Shown piece after piece: positions 9,686-19,393 of a stretch of DNA of 64,000 nucleotides; within the stretch, counting starts at the first letter, position 1; each line of letters begins with the position of its first letter. The translations under genes were made by a program, and so were the position numbers. The notes under the pieces were generated by a model. The model was given only the letters and a program-made list of their open reading frames with translations. It was not told where the DNA came from and did not search any database. The DNA comes from an uncultured Holophaga sp. (GTDB taxonomy: Bacteria; Acidobacteriota; Holophagae; Holophagales; Holophagaceae): contig OY761614.1 of the NCBI GenBank assembly GCA_963664825.1, positions 928,001 to 992,000 on the forward strand. The letters are read 5' to 3'.

Positions 9686-10648
9686 ATGATGGCATGGCAG
9701 ACCCACGGCCACACGGAACCCATGAAGCTCTGGAATGATCGTCGCCTCCACCTCTCCATCACGCGCCTGGGCCTCGAATACCTGGCGGCCATGCTGCTGG
9801 TGGGCCTGTTCGCGGTGCATACGGGCAATAATCTGCTCTACCTCGTCTTCTCGCTGATGGTGGGTCTATTCCTCGTCTCGGGCTGGGTGAGTCGGCGCAC
9901 CCTCCAGGATCTCGAACTGACGGCTATCGAGGAGGGCAACATCTTCGCCCGGGTGCGAGGCGGCCTCCGGGTCCGCCTGAAGGACCGGGCCCCCGGACGG
10001 ATCCGAGCCATGGAAGTGCGTCTTGAGATGGACCAGGGCCGCGGGGAACCGGGGTTCTTCCCCGGAGGTCAGGGGCGAGAGGAGGTGTTGGTGGTCCTCC
10101 AGGCCCGCGCTGAGCGCCGGGGCCCCTGCCGTCTCCGGAGCCTCGAGCTGCGCACGGCTTTCCCCTTCGGCTTTCTCGAGAAGGCCCGGCGCTTCCCCCT
10201 GGACCAGAAGATCCTCATCCTGCCCCACCCCCGGGCCGTGACTCCACGGCTGGGGCTCAGGGGCGAATCCAGTGAATCCCAACCCAAGCCGGGCTCCCAG
10301 GCCCCGGAGGGCGCACGCCCCTTCCGGGAAGGGGATCCCCTCAGCCGCATCCACTGGAAGCGCACAGCCCAGCGCGGAGCCCCTTGGGTGCGCACCTTCG
10401 AAGACGAAGTCCCTTCCAGGATCCGCCTTTGGCTGGACCCGCGGCTCTGGAACGCCGGAGCCGCCTTCGAGAAGGAACTGGAGCACCTCTCCGGGGCCAT
10501 CCTCCAGGCGCGGCTCCAGAAGCGGGAGGTTTCCCTGGAGCTCCTCTCCGACGCGGGCCACCAGGAAATCCACGGTTTCACCGCCTGCTGGAGAGCCCTG
10601 GCCCTCCAGCAGGCCCAAGGCGCCCCGCATTTTTCCGATGTCTCCTAG
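9686..10648 (+). CDS. DUF58 domain membrane protein
   Basis: TGNNLLYL TM hairpin, FPFGF, RPFREGDPLSRIHWKRTA; start could be 9722. Confidence 0.85.
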   Translation: MMAWQTHGHTEPMKLWNDRRLHLSITRLGLEYLAAMLLVGLFAVHTGNNLLYLVFSLMVGLFLVSGWVSRRTLQDLELTAIEEGNIFARVRGGLRVRLKDRAPGRIRAMEVRLEMDQGRGEPGFFPGGQGREEVLVVLQARAERRGPCRLRSLELRTAFPFGFLEKARRFPLDQKILILPHPRAVTPRLGLRGESSESQPKPGSQAPEGARPFREGDPLSRIHWKRTAQRGAPWVRTFEDEVPSRIRLWLDPRLWNAGAAFEKELEHLSGAILQARLQKREVSLELLSDAGHQEIHGFTACWRALALQQAQGAPHFSDVS

Positions 10649-10698
10649 CAAGAGCCGGGCCCCGCGATTAACCTAGACCCATCAACTTCGGGAGTGAA

Positions 10699-11127
10699 AT
10701 GCCCTACACGACCCCCCAAGATCCCCAATGGAATGCCCTCCTCGACGCCGCCTGGCGCGCCCGGGATTGCGCTTATGCGCCCTATAGCCACTTCCAGGTG
10801 GGGGCCGCCCTCATCCGGAAGGACGGTTCCATCCAGGCCGGATGCAATGTGGAGAACGCCAGTTATGGCGGCACCATCTGCGCCGAGCGCAATACCATCT
10901 GCGCCGCCACGGCCCAGGGCATGCGCCCCGGGGATCTGGTGGCCATGGTCATCGTCACCGAGGCCGAGGACCTGACGCCGCCCTGCGGCCTCTGTCGGCA
11001 GGTGATCGCCGAATTCGCCGAGGAAGTGCCCATCCTCCTGGCTAATCGCCACACCCGCTCCCTGCATCACATCTCGGAGCTATTGCCCCATTCCTTCACC
11101 GGACGGAATTTCCAGACGCCCGCCTGA
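10699..11127 (+). CDS. cdd: Cytidine deaminase
   Basis: AYAPYSHFQVGAA, GCNVENASY, CAER, PCGLCRQ. Confidence 0.95.
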   Translation: MPYTTPQDPQWNALLDAAWRARDCAYAPYSHFQVGAALIRKDGSIQAGCNVENASYGGTICAERNTICAATAQGMRPGDLVAMVIVTEAEDLTPPCGLCRQVIAEFAEEVPILLANRHTRSLHHISELLPHSFTGRNFQTPA

Positions 11128-11172
11128 ACTGCCTCAAGATTCCCTGATCCCACCTATTCGAGACGAACCCCC

Positions 11173-13815
11173 ATGGCCATTGATCGCACGAAGGTCCAGA
11201 AGCAGGCCGAAGCTTACATGGCCGCGGGGAAGATGGATCGGGCCATCGACGAATTCCAGAAGCTGCTCGATGACAAGCCCGAGGACTCCAACCTGATGAA
11301 CCGCATCGGGGACGCCTACCTGCAGGTGGGGAAGCTGCCCGATGCCCTCGATATGTTCAAGCGCTCAGGCATGGGATTCGAGCGCAGCGGTTTCACCAAC
11401 AAGGCCGCCGCCGTCTTCAAGAAGGCCCACCGGGCTGCCCCGGAAGATGTGGACGTATCGGCGCGCCTGGCCGAGACCTACCGCGCCACCAACATGATCC
11501 AGGACGCCATCCAGATCTACATCGAGGTGGCGGAATTCTTCACCAAGAAGGGGCTCCTCAAGCGCGCCCTGGAGGAATTCGCCAAGGTCGTCGAGCTCGA
11601 TCCCAAGAACCTGAAGAACAAGGTGAAACTGGCCGACCTCTACAACAAGGAGGGAGTCAAGGAGCGCGCCGCCGAGATCTACCTGGAGGTGGCTGAGGCC
11701 CTGGCCTTCGAGCAGATGCCGGCCGAGGCCATCCAGGTCCTGGAGCGGGCCAAGGCCATGACGACCTCCCCCAAGGTCTTCCTCACCCAATCCAAGCTCT
11801 GCATCGTGCAGAAGGATCTGGTGGGTGCCGCCCAGCATCTCAGGGAGGGCCTCGAAGCCAACCCGAGGAGTGCCGAGATCCTGGAAGCCTTGGCCGAAGT
11901 GGAACTCCAAGCCAAGGCGCCGGAGCGCGCCCTGGAAGTGCTGAGCCAGATCCCCCAACTCCCGGAGAAGGCCACCGCCCTCTGTGAGCGGGCCCTGCGC
12001 GAGATGATCCGCACCAACGCCATCGATGAGGGCCTCCGGCTCTTCAAGAGCATCGGCCACGAATTCGCCCGGAGGGGCATGGGCGAACAGGCCACCCGCA
12101 CCCTTCGCAATGCCTTCCAGGGCCTTTCCATCCCCATCGAGGCCTGGGTTCAACTGGCCGATATTGCCTACCAGGGCAACGATCGGCAGGGACGCATCGA
12201 GGCCCTCAGCCAGGCCCACGCCCTGGCCGTGTCCACCAACGATAGCTCCCTGATCCGCAACCTGGAGGAGCAGCTCCAGTCCCTCAATATCGACCCCACC
12301 CAGATCGAGGCCCAGCCCCAATCCGAGGACTTCCAGGACAATTTCGGAACTCCGCAGGGCGCGCCCTTCTTGGAGACGACCGAAGTCGATCCCATCAAGC
12401 GGATGCAGATCCAGCAGCTTCAGCGCGAGGCCGAAAGCTACGTCCGCAGCCGCTTCAACGACCGGGCCCAGGATACCTACCACAAGATCCTGGAATGCGA
12501 TCCCACCAACCGGGACGCCATCAACCGCATTGCCGAGATCCACAAGGCCTCGGGCGTGATGACCAAGGTCCAGCAGCACTACGTCAAGATGGCCGAGAAG
12601 CTGGCTCCCATGGGGCACCGGAACCTGGCCCTGGAGATGCTCGATAAGGCCGAGGAACTCTTCCCTGGTTCTACGAGGCTCCATCGACGGATGCTGGGCC
12701 TCACCAGCCTGGCCCCCGCCGCGCCCGCCCCCTTTGCCCCCGCTCCCATCGCCCTGGATTCAGGCATTGGGGCTCCCCCTCCCAGCGATCTGGATGTGCT
12801 CATCGCCCTGGATGACACCAACGGGGGCTATGAGCGCCCCGGGGCCTTCGTTCCGCCCCCCCCGGCAGGGCCGCCCTCCATCGCCCTTGGCGTGGTGGGT
12901 GAACCCGCCGCCCTCTACCCCGAGGATCTCCAGTGGACCCCTCCGGAGGATCTCCTCGAGGAGGAGGAAGAGGAGGTCCTTTCCCCAGACTCGGAAGTGC
13001 TCCCGGAGATCGAGCCCCTGGAGCTGGAACCCCTGCCCTTCGCCCAGGGGAAGGTGCCCGTGGCCCCTCCCCAGATGCCGACGCCCAGTGCCCCGATCAG
13101 CGATGAGCTGGCCTCCACCCTTTCGGATATCGATTTCCAGCTCGATTACGGCAGCCCCGAAGAGGCCAAGATCGAAATCCAGAAGGCCCTTGCGGAATGG
13201 CCCGGCCAACCGGGACTCCTGGCCAGCCTGGAGCGCGCCGAGGAGGCCCTGCACAGGATCGGCCATGAGGCCCCAGCCCCCAGCCTGGAGGCGGAAGCCG
13301 AACTGACCCATTCCTTCTTCGATCTCACCGATGTGCTGGGGGACTCCCTGCTGGAGCCCGGCGAAGGCGAGGAAATGCACGACGCCACCAATGTGGTGGA
13401 AAAGATCCATAGCGTCGACGAGCTCTTCAATGCCTTCCGGGAAGGCGTCGAGCAGCAGGTGAAGGTCGACGACTACGAGACCCACTACAACCTGGGCATC
13501 GCCTATAAGGAGATGATGCTCATCGAACCGGCCCTGGAGGAATTCAAGAAGGCCATGCGCGACCCCGAGCGCACCCTGGAATGCTGTTCCATGCTGGCCA
13601 TCTGCGAGCAGGTGCAGGGCAATCTGGAGACGGCGGTCCAATGGCTGCACCAGGGCATCGATGCCCCGGGCTTCCCCCCGGAGGACTCCATCGGCCTGCG
13701 CTACGACCTGGGGGATACCCTGGTCCAGCTGGGGCGTCTGGATGAAGCGCGAGAACACTTCCAGATCGTCTTCGACATGGACCCCGAATACAGGGATGTG
13801 GCCAAGAAACTCTGA
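11173..13815 (+). CDS. Large tetratricopeptide-repeat protein (SgmX-like architecture)
   Basis: N-terminal TPR array, Pro/Glu-rich linker, C-terminal TPR block ETHYNLGIAYKEM...YDLG...YRDV. Confidence 0.85.
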   Translation: MAIDRTKVQKQAEAYMAAGKMDRAIDEFQKLLDDKPEDSNLMNRIGDAYLQVGKLPDALDMFKRSGMGFERSGFTNKAAAVFKKAHRAAPEDVDVSARLAETYRATNMIQDAIQIYIEVAEFFTKKGLLKRALEEFAKVVELDPKNLKNKVKLADLYNKEGVKERAAEIYLEVAEALAFEQMPAEAIQVLERAKAMTTSPKVFLTQSKLCIVQKDLVGAAQHLREGLEANPRSAEILEALAEVELQAKAPERALEVLSQIPQLPEKATALCERALREMIRTNAIDEGLRLFKSIGHEFARRGMGEQATRTLRNAFQGLSIPIEAWVQLADIAYQGNDRQGRIEALSQAHALAVSTNDSSLIRNLEEQLQSLNIDPTQIEAQPQSEDFQDNFGTPQGAPFLETTEVDPIKRMQIQQLQREAESYVRSRFNDRAQDTYHKILECDPTNRDAINRIAEIHKASGVMTKVQQHYVKMAEKLAPMGHRNLALEMLDKAEELFPGSTRLHRRMLGLTSLAPAAPAPFAPAPIALDSGIGAPPPSDLDVLIALDDTNGGYERPGAFVPPPPAGPPSIALGVVGEPAALYPEDLQWTPPEDLLEEEEEEVLSPDSEVLPEIEPLELEPLPFAQGKVPVAPPQMPTPSAPISDELASTLSDIDFQLDYGSPEEAKIEIQKALAEWPGQPGLLASLERAEEALHRIGHEAPAPSLEAEAELTHSFFDLTDVLGDSLLEPGEGEEMHDATNVVEKIHSVDELFNAFREGVEQQVKVDDYETHYNLGIAYKEMMLIEPALEEFKKAMRDPERTLECCSMLAICEQVQGNLETAVQWLHQGIDAPGFPPEDSIGLRYDLGDTLVQLGRLDEAREHFQIVFDMDPEYRDVAKKL

Positions 13816-13839
13816 TCCCGGCCAAGGGCTGGCATCGCC

Positions 13840-14778
13840 TCAGTGGACTTCGATCCGCCCTTGAATACCCCAGGGCTGAAGGGCCTGGAGGGCGGGCTGG
13901 ACGGGTTTACCCGATCGCTGGAGCCGGGTCAATTCCAGGGCCCAGCCATCACCCGCCGCGAGCCAGGCGCCCCCGCGGTCCCAGGCCAGTGTGCCCGGCG
14001 CCTCCGTCGTGGCGCGAATATCGCCCACGGCGGCGATCTTGAGGACGGTACTTTCCAGCATGCATTCCGCGCCGGGCCAGGGATGGAGGGCCCTCACCTG
14101 GCGATGGAGTTCCAGGGCGGGGCGACTGGGATCCAGCCGCGCCATCTCCCGGCTCAGTTTGGGGGCCACCGTGGCCAGCGCATCGTCTTGGTCCACGGGC
14201 GCGGCCTCACCCGAGAGGAGCAGCGGTAGTTCCTGAATCAGCAGCTCGGCGGCATCTTCGGCCAGGCACTTCAGCAGGCCAGGCGCCGTGTCCTCCAGGG
14301 TGATGGGGCGGCGGCTCACAGCCAGCAGGGGGCCCGCATCGAGACCGGCCGTGATGCGCATCAGGCTGACGCCTGTTTCCAGGTCCCCGGCCAGGACCGC
14401 ATGGTTGACGGGGGAGGCGCCCCGCCAGCGAGGCAGCAGGGAGAAGTGCAGGTTCCAGGCACCCAAGGGGCAGGAATCCAGCATCCACCGGGGCAGGATA
14501 TGGCCGTAGGCCGCCACGATGGCCAGATCGATGCCGAGCCCCTCCCAAAGGGCGCGAGTCTCCGGCAGCTTCCAACCCTCGGGCTGATGGATGGGCAGTC
14601 CGAGGCTCAGTGCCTCCCCCTTCACCGGAGGCGCCTCCAGATGACGCCCCCGGCCTTGGGGGCGATCGGGATTGCAGAAGACCGCTTCCACCCGCTGAGA
14701 GGCTGCAAGCCTCGCCAGCACGGGCACGGCCACGGCAGGCGTACCCAGAAATGCGATGCGCGGAGGAGGCAGGCCCAT
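13840..14778 (-). CDS. fmt: Methionyl-tRNA formyltransferase
   Basis: FLGTP, PDRPQGRG, NLHFSLLPRWRGASP, GLDAGP; downstream of def. Confidence 0.95.
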   Translation of the reverse strand: MGLPPPRIAFLGTPAVAVPVLARLAASQRVEAVFCNPDRPQGRGRHLEAPPVKGEALSLGLPIHQPEGWKLPETRALWEGLGIDLAIVAAYGHILPRWMLDSCPLGAWNLHFSLLPRWRGASPVNHAVLAGDLETGVSLMRITAGLDAGPLLAVSRRPITLEDTAPGLLKCLAEDAAELLIQELPLLLSGEAAPVDQDDALATVAPKLSREMARLDPSRPALELHRQVRALHPWPGAECMLESTVLKIAAVGDIRATTEAPGTLAWDRGGAWLAAGDGWALELTRLQRSGKPVQPALQALQPWGIQGRIEVH

Positions 14779-14781
14779 GGG

Positions 14782-15288
14782 CTAGCGCCCGGTGCGGTTC
14801 TTCTGGAACCTGCGCTGGAGGATCTGGCGCTTCACGGGGCCGAAGTACTCCACGAAGAGCTTCCCGCGCAGATGATCGATCTCGTGACAGAAGGCCCGCG
14901 CCAGCAGATCCTCGCCCTCCAGTTCCTCCCAGCTGCCATCCCGCCGCCGGTTCTTCACCCACACATGCTGGGGCCTTTCCAGGGTCTCATGGACGCCGGG
15001 GATGGAGAGACAGCCCTCCTGGCCCACCTGCTTGCCCTCGGTGCGGACGATCTCAGGATTGATGAGCACCATCTGCTTGGCCGGATCCAGGCCACTGGAG
15101 ACATCGATCACCGCCAGATTGAGGTTCACGCCCACCTGGGAGGCGGCCAGGCCCACGCCCTCCTCGGCCACGGTGGTCTCGAAGAGATCCTGCACGAGGA
15201 CCTCCAGTTCCGGGGTCCATTCGCCGATATCGGCGCTATTGATCTTGAGTCGGGGGTCCCCCCAGGTGATGACGGGTCGGATGGTCAT
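14782..15288 (-). CDS. def: Peptide deformylase
   Basis: GVGLAASQ, EGCLS, HEIDH motifs. Confidence 0.97.
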   Translation of the reverse strand: MTIRPVITWGDPRLKINSADIGEWTPELEVLVQDLFETTVAEEGVGLAASQVGVNLNLAVIDVSSGLDPAKQMVLINPEIVRTEGKQVGQEGCLSIPGVHETLERPQHVWVKNRRRDGSWEELEGEDLLARAFCHEIDHLRGKLFVEYFGPVKRQILQRRFQKNRTGR

Positions 15289-15401
15289 GCGTTCTCCTAC
15301 TTCAAGTTTATTCGATAGGCCATTCCTTTGATACGCTAGGAGGTTCGGATCCCGCTTGAGCCATGCTCCGGGACCACAGGAATCTGCATTCGGGAGTCTC
15401 C

Positions 15402-17321
15402 ATGCTTCGCAATTTCCGCCAAGTCTTCAAGGGAAACCAGATGCCCATGACCGTCGTGATGGGCGTGGTGCTCGTCGGGATGGTGGCCTATCTGGCGCCC
15501 AGTTCGGGGAATCCCGAGGCCCCCGATAACGTCGTGGCCCGGGTGTATGGCCGGGATGTGCTCAAGCGGGATTCGGACCGCCTCATCTCCGACATGGTCC
15601 AGCGCATGGGCAAGCAGGCCAACCTGGATCAGATGCTGCCCTTCCTCCAGCAGCGCGCCCTCAGCGAACTGATCGGTTCCAAGCTGCGGGAGGAACTCGC
15701 CGAGCGGCATGGCATCCTGGTGACCGACGAAGAAGTGCGCCAGGCCTTGGAAGCCAGGCTGCGCCGGGAGCCCGTCTTCCTGACCCCCGAGGGCCAGCTC
15801 CGGGATACCGCCGAGATCCGCGCCATCCTCCAACAGGCCGAACAGAGCCTGCCCCAGTGGGAACAGGAAGTCCGCACAGGGCTCACCATCCGCAAGCTCC
15901 TGGACCAGGAGGCCGCCAAGATCCCCGTGGACGAGGCCTGGCTCAATGTCGAGTACCGGGTGCGCAACGAGAAGCTGAACCTCGAGACCTTCACGGTGAG
16001 CCCCGATCCCTCCACCGTGGCCGACCCCGGAGACGCCAGGCTGGCGGCCTTCCTCAAGACAGGCGGGGCGCGCTTCCAGGTGGGTCCCCGGCGCGTGATC
16101 CAGTTCGTGACCCTGGACGAGGCCTTCTTCGGCAACGCCCTGGCCGTCGACGACACAGCCCTGAGGGCCGCCTATGAATCCAAGAAGGCCCATTACTCCG
16201 AATTGAAGGCCAGCCACATCCTCTTCAAGGCCCAGAATGAGGCCGAGTTCGCCGCCGCCCGGAAGAAGGCCGAGGATCTCCGCCCCAAACTCGCCGGCAA
16301 GGATTTCAACAAGGTCGCTTCCGAAACGAGCGAAGACCCCACCGCCAAGGCCAATAAGGGGGATCTGGGCTGGTTCAAGTCCGGCAGCATGGCCAAGCCC
16401 TTCGAGGACGCGGCCATGGCCCTGAAGGATGGCGAGATCAGTCAGCCGATCCGCACCCAGTTCGGCATCCATCTCATCAAGCTCGGAGGCAAGCGCACCC
16501 GGAGCTTCGAGGAGGTCCGGGAGGAACTGCGCGCCCAGCTCACCGGGGAGCGCTTCACGGCCAAGGCCAAGGAACGCCTGGAGCAGCTCCGTAAGCGCAG
16601 CGGCGAACGGGGTGATCTATCGGCGGCCGCCCGCAACCTGGGCCTCAAGGTTCAGACCAGCCAGCCCTTCCTCAACGAAGCCTCCGTCACCCTCCCCGGC
16701 CTGCAGGATGCGGGCTACGTCACCAGCGAGGCCTTCCGCCTGAAGGTGGGACAGGTCTCCAAGCTGCAGCGCACGGGCAATAGCTTCACGGTTTTCCGGG
16801 TGCAGGAAGAGCGCCCCATCGCCGTGCCGCCCCTCAAGGAGATCCGCGACCGGGTGCTGGGCGCCTGGAAGCTGGAAGAAGCCCGCAAGGTGGCCCTCGC
16901 CAAGGTCCAGACCGCCCTCCGGAACGGTGACCTCAAGGCCCTCGGGGAAGCCAAGAGCCAGGAGACCACCATCACGGCCCTCGGGGAACTCGGCCAGCAT
17001 CCGGCCATCCGCAGGGCCCTGCTGGGAACGGGCGAAGGGAAGTTCACCCCCGCCCTCTGGAACCCGGAGGGTCAGGTGTGGGTGGCCCGGGTGAAGGGCC
17101 GCACAGCCGCCGAACCCCTCAACTTCGAGAAGCGCCAGGCCCTGGTGCGCGAGATCCAGCAGGCCGGGAGCCAAAAGCTGCTCGTCTCCGAACTCCAGGA
17201 CATGGAGGCCAAGGGCCGCCTGCGCCCAGGCTTCAGCTCCCTCTGGGGCCGCTTCGGCGGGATCTGGATCAACACCGAAGCCCGAGGCAAGGAAGACCTG
17301 CCCGACATCGGGGACATGTAG
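15402..17321 (+). CDS. ppiD: PpiD-like peptidyl-prolyl isomerase/chaperone (SurA N-terminal + parvulin)
   Basis: N-terminal TM anchor; ASHILFK, GDLGWF, FEDAAMALKDGEISQPIRTQFGIHLIK. Confidence 0.85.
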   Translation: MLRNFRQVFKGNQMPMTVVMGVVLVGMVAYLAPSSGNPEAPDNVVARVYGRDVLKRDSDRLISDMVQRMGKQANLDQMLPFLQQRALSELIGSKLREELAERHGILVTDEEVRQALEARLRREPVFLTPEGQLRDTAEIRAILQQAEQSLPQWEQEVRTGLTIRKLLDQEAAKIPVDEAWLNVEYRVRNEKLNLETFTVSPDPSTVADPGDARLAAFLKTGGARFQVGPRRVIQFVTLDEAFFGNALAVDDTALRAAYESKKAHYSELKASHILFKAQNEAEFAAARKKAEDLRPKLAGKDFNKVASETSEDPTAKANKGDLGWFKSGSMAKPFEDAAMALKDGEISQPIRTQFGIHLIKLGGKRTRSFEEVREELRAQLTGERFTAKAKERLEQLRKRSGERGDLSAAARNLGLKVQTSQPFLNEASVTLPGLQDAGYVTSEAFRLKVGQVSKLQRTGNSFTVFRVQEERPIAVPPLKEIRDRVLGAWKLEEARKVALAKVQTALRNGDLKALGEAKSQETTITALGELGQHPAIRRALLGTGEGKFTPALWNPEGQVWVARVKGRTAAEPLNFEKRQALVREIQQAGSQKLLVSELQDMEAKGRLRPGFSSLWGRFGGIWINTEARGKEDLPDIGDM

Positions 17322-17331
17322 CACCAAAGCG

Positions 17332-17373
17332 CTGCATGAAAAGGGCCGCTCTCGAGCGGCCCTTTTCATGCAG
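17332..17373. terminator. Bidirectional intrinsic terminator
   Basis: Perfect 19-bp inverted repeat ctgcatgaaaagggccgct-ctcg-agcggcccttttcatgcag between convergent genes. Confidence 0.85.
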
Positions 17374-17428
17374 ATCTATCAGGATCAAAAACCAGCAGCG
17401 CCGTCTTTGATCCGGCTACGCTGTCTGG

Positions 17429-18583
17429 TCATTTCATCGAAGTGCCATAGTAGGCGGCGGTGTAGATCGCCTTCACGTCGGCGACCGTGGGTTTGCCGGG
17501 GTTGGTGAGGGTGCAGGGATCGGCCAGGGCATTGGCGCTCATGCGGTCCAGGACCTCCTTGAACTTCGCCTCGCTGAAATCCACTTCCGTGCAGTCCTTG
17601 AAGGCCGCAGGGATGTCGAGCTTCTTATTGAGCTGGCGGACCTCCTCGGCGATGTCTGCGACGCCCAGGGCTTTCTCGACCTGGTCGTATTTCTTGGTGA
17701 ACTTGCGGTTGAAATCAATGATGTAGGGCAGCAGGATGGCGTTCGCGAGCCCGTGGGTGACGCCGAACTCGCCGCCCAGCTTGTGGGCGAGGGAATGGAC
17801 CAGGCCCAGGGATGCGTTGGTGAAGGCCATGCCCGCAAGGGCTGAGGCGTTGTGCATGTTGTAGCGCGCCTCCATATCGTCGCCCTTCGCATAGGCCCGC
17901 TCGAGGTTGCCGAGCACCAGCCGGATGGCCTCGATGGCGTAGGGGTCGGTGAAGGAGGTCGCCGCGATGGAGGCGGCAGCCTCGATCGCGTGGCACATGA
18001 CGTCCATGCCGGTATTGGCTGTGACGCTCTTGGGCATGCGGGCCGGGAGAGCAGGGTCCAGGATGGCGACATCCGGCACCATGTCGGCGGCGACGATGGG
18101 GTATTTGATGTGCTTGGCATGGTCGGTGATCACGGAGAAGGCCGTGATCTCACTGGCTGTGCCGCTGGTGGAAGGCACGGCGGCAAAGCGGGCCTTGTTG
18201 CGCAAGGCAGGCATGGAACCGGGCTGAATGATGTCTTCGAAGGAGAGTTCGGGGTGCTCATAGAAGCACCACATGACCTTCGCCGCGTCGATCGCGGAGC
18301 CGCCGCCGATGGCGACGATCCAGTCGGGGCCGAACTTGAGCATCGCCTCGGCGCCCTTCCGGACCGTCTCCACCGAGGGGTTAGGCTCGACGCCGTCGAT
18401 GACGATGGTCTGCATGCCGGCCGACTGGAGGAGTTCCACCGCCTTGTCCAGGAAGCCGAACTTCTTCATCGAGGAGCCGCCGGTGACGACGGCGGCTTTC
18501 TTGCCCTTCAGTGTGCCGAGTTTTTGAAGCGCGCCTTCGCCGTAGACGATGTCGCGCGGGATTGAGAAGTTGAGGGTTGCCAC
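17429..18583 (-). CDS. Iron-containing alcohol dehydrogenase (NADPH-dependent butanol dehydrogenase type)
   Basis: GTG start with GGAGG RBS; GGSSMKKFGFL, GGGSAIDAAK, PSTSGTASE, GMDVMCHAIEA, GLVHSLAH, HGLANA. Confidence 0.92.
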   Translation of the reverse strand: MATLNFSIPRDIVYGEGALQKLGTLKGKKAAVVTGGSSMKKFGFLDKAVELLQSAGMQTIVIDGVEPNPSVETVRKGAEAMLKFGPDWIVAIGGGSAIDAAKVMWCFYEHPELSFEDIIQPGSMPALRNKARFAAVPSTSGTASEITAFSVITDHAKHIKYPIVAADMVPDVAILDPALPARMPKSVTANTGMDVMCHAIEAAASIAATSFTDPYAIEAIRLVLGNLERAYAKGDDMEARYNMHNASALAGMAFTNASLGLVHSLAHKLGGEFGVTHGLANAILLPYIIDFNRKFTKKYDQVEKALGVADIAEEVRQLNKKLDIPAAFKDCTEVDFSEAKFKEVLDRMSANALADPCTLTNPGKPTVADVKAIYTAAYYGTSMK

Positions 18584-18615
18584 GATCTGCCTCCATGCCG
18601 GAATGGCAATTCATT

Positions 18616-18635
18616 ATCGATAAAATTTTATCGAT
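18616..18635. promoter_or_regulatory. Perfect 20-bp palindrome, candidate operator of the alcohol dehydrogenase gene
   Basis: atcgataaaattttatcgat, AT-rich, about 33 bp upstream of the start codon. Confidence 0.6.
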
Positions 18636-18683
18636 TGCGACGCACACCGTCAAGGGCATTCGAAATCATCGGCAGGGGCGTGG

Positions 18684-19334
18684 TCAGAGCCTCAGCCCGT
18701 GGTCGCAGAGGCGCCCCACGGCTCGGGGATCATGACTCAGGAAGAGGAGAGCGAGGCCCTCGGCCTTGAACTCCAGCAGCAGGTGCAGCAGATGCCCGGC
18801 CAGAGTGGGGTCCAGGGCCGAGAGGGGCTCGTCCAGCACCAGCAGGTGGGGCCCTGGCATCAGGGCCCGGGCCAGGGCCAGACGCTGGGCCAGACCACCG
18901 GACCAGGCTGCCGGGCGCTGGGCCAGGGAGGCCTCGGGGAATTTCACCCGGGCCGCCATGGAAGCGCAGGCCTCTCGGCGCTCTGCGGCATCCCCTCGAC
19001 GATGGATGATCAGGGGCTCCTCCAGGATTTCCCAACCGCTCAAATGGGGCGGCAGGGAGGCCTGGGGATCCTGAAAGACCGCTTGGATCCGGCTCCGGCG
19101 GGCTCGCCGCTGACCTTCAGGAAGGGAGGACCAGGGTCCGCCATCCAGGCGAACTTCCCCCTCGGCGGCCTCCAGCAGGCCCAGGACCGTCCAGGCCAGC
19201 GTGGTCTTGCCTGCGCCGCTCTCACCCATCACGCCCCAGGCTTCCCCCCGCTGGACCTCGAAGGAGAGGCCTCTCAGCACCCAGCGGTCCCCTCGCCGCA
19301 CACCCAGATCTCGGACTTCCAGGATCGGCACCAT
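18684..19334 (-). CDS. ABC transporter ATP-binding protein (peptide/nickel type)
   Basis: GESGAGKT, VFQDP, SGGLAQR, LVLDEPLSALD, SHD. Confidence 0.9.
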   Translation of the reverse strand: MVPILEVRDLGVRRGDRWVLRGLSFEVQRGEAWGVMGESGAGKTTLAWTVLGLLEAAEGEVRLDGGPWSSLPEGQRRARRSRIQAVFQDPQASLPPHLSGWEILEEPLIIHRRGDAAERREACASMAARVKFPEASLAQRPAAWSGGLAQRLALARALMPGPHLLVLDEPLSALDPTLAGHLLHLLLEFKAEGLALLFLSHDPRAVGRLCDHGLRL

Positions 19335-19393
19335 GCAATGTCCAAGGGCCTTCCAGGCCACACGCATTGTAGTGCCCAAAGGGATGAAGATGA

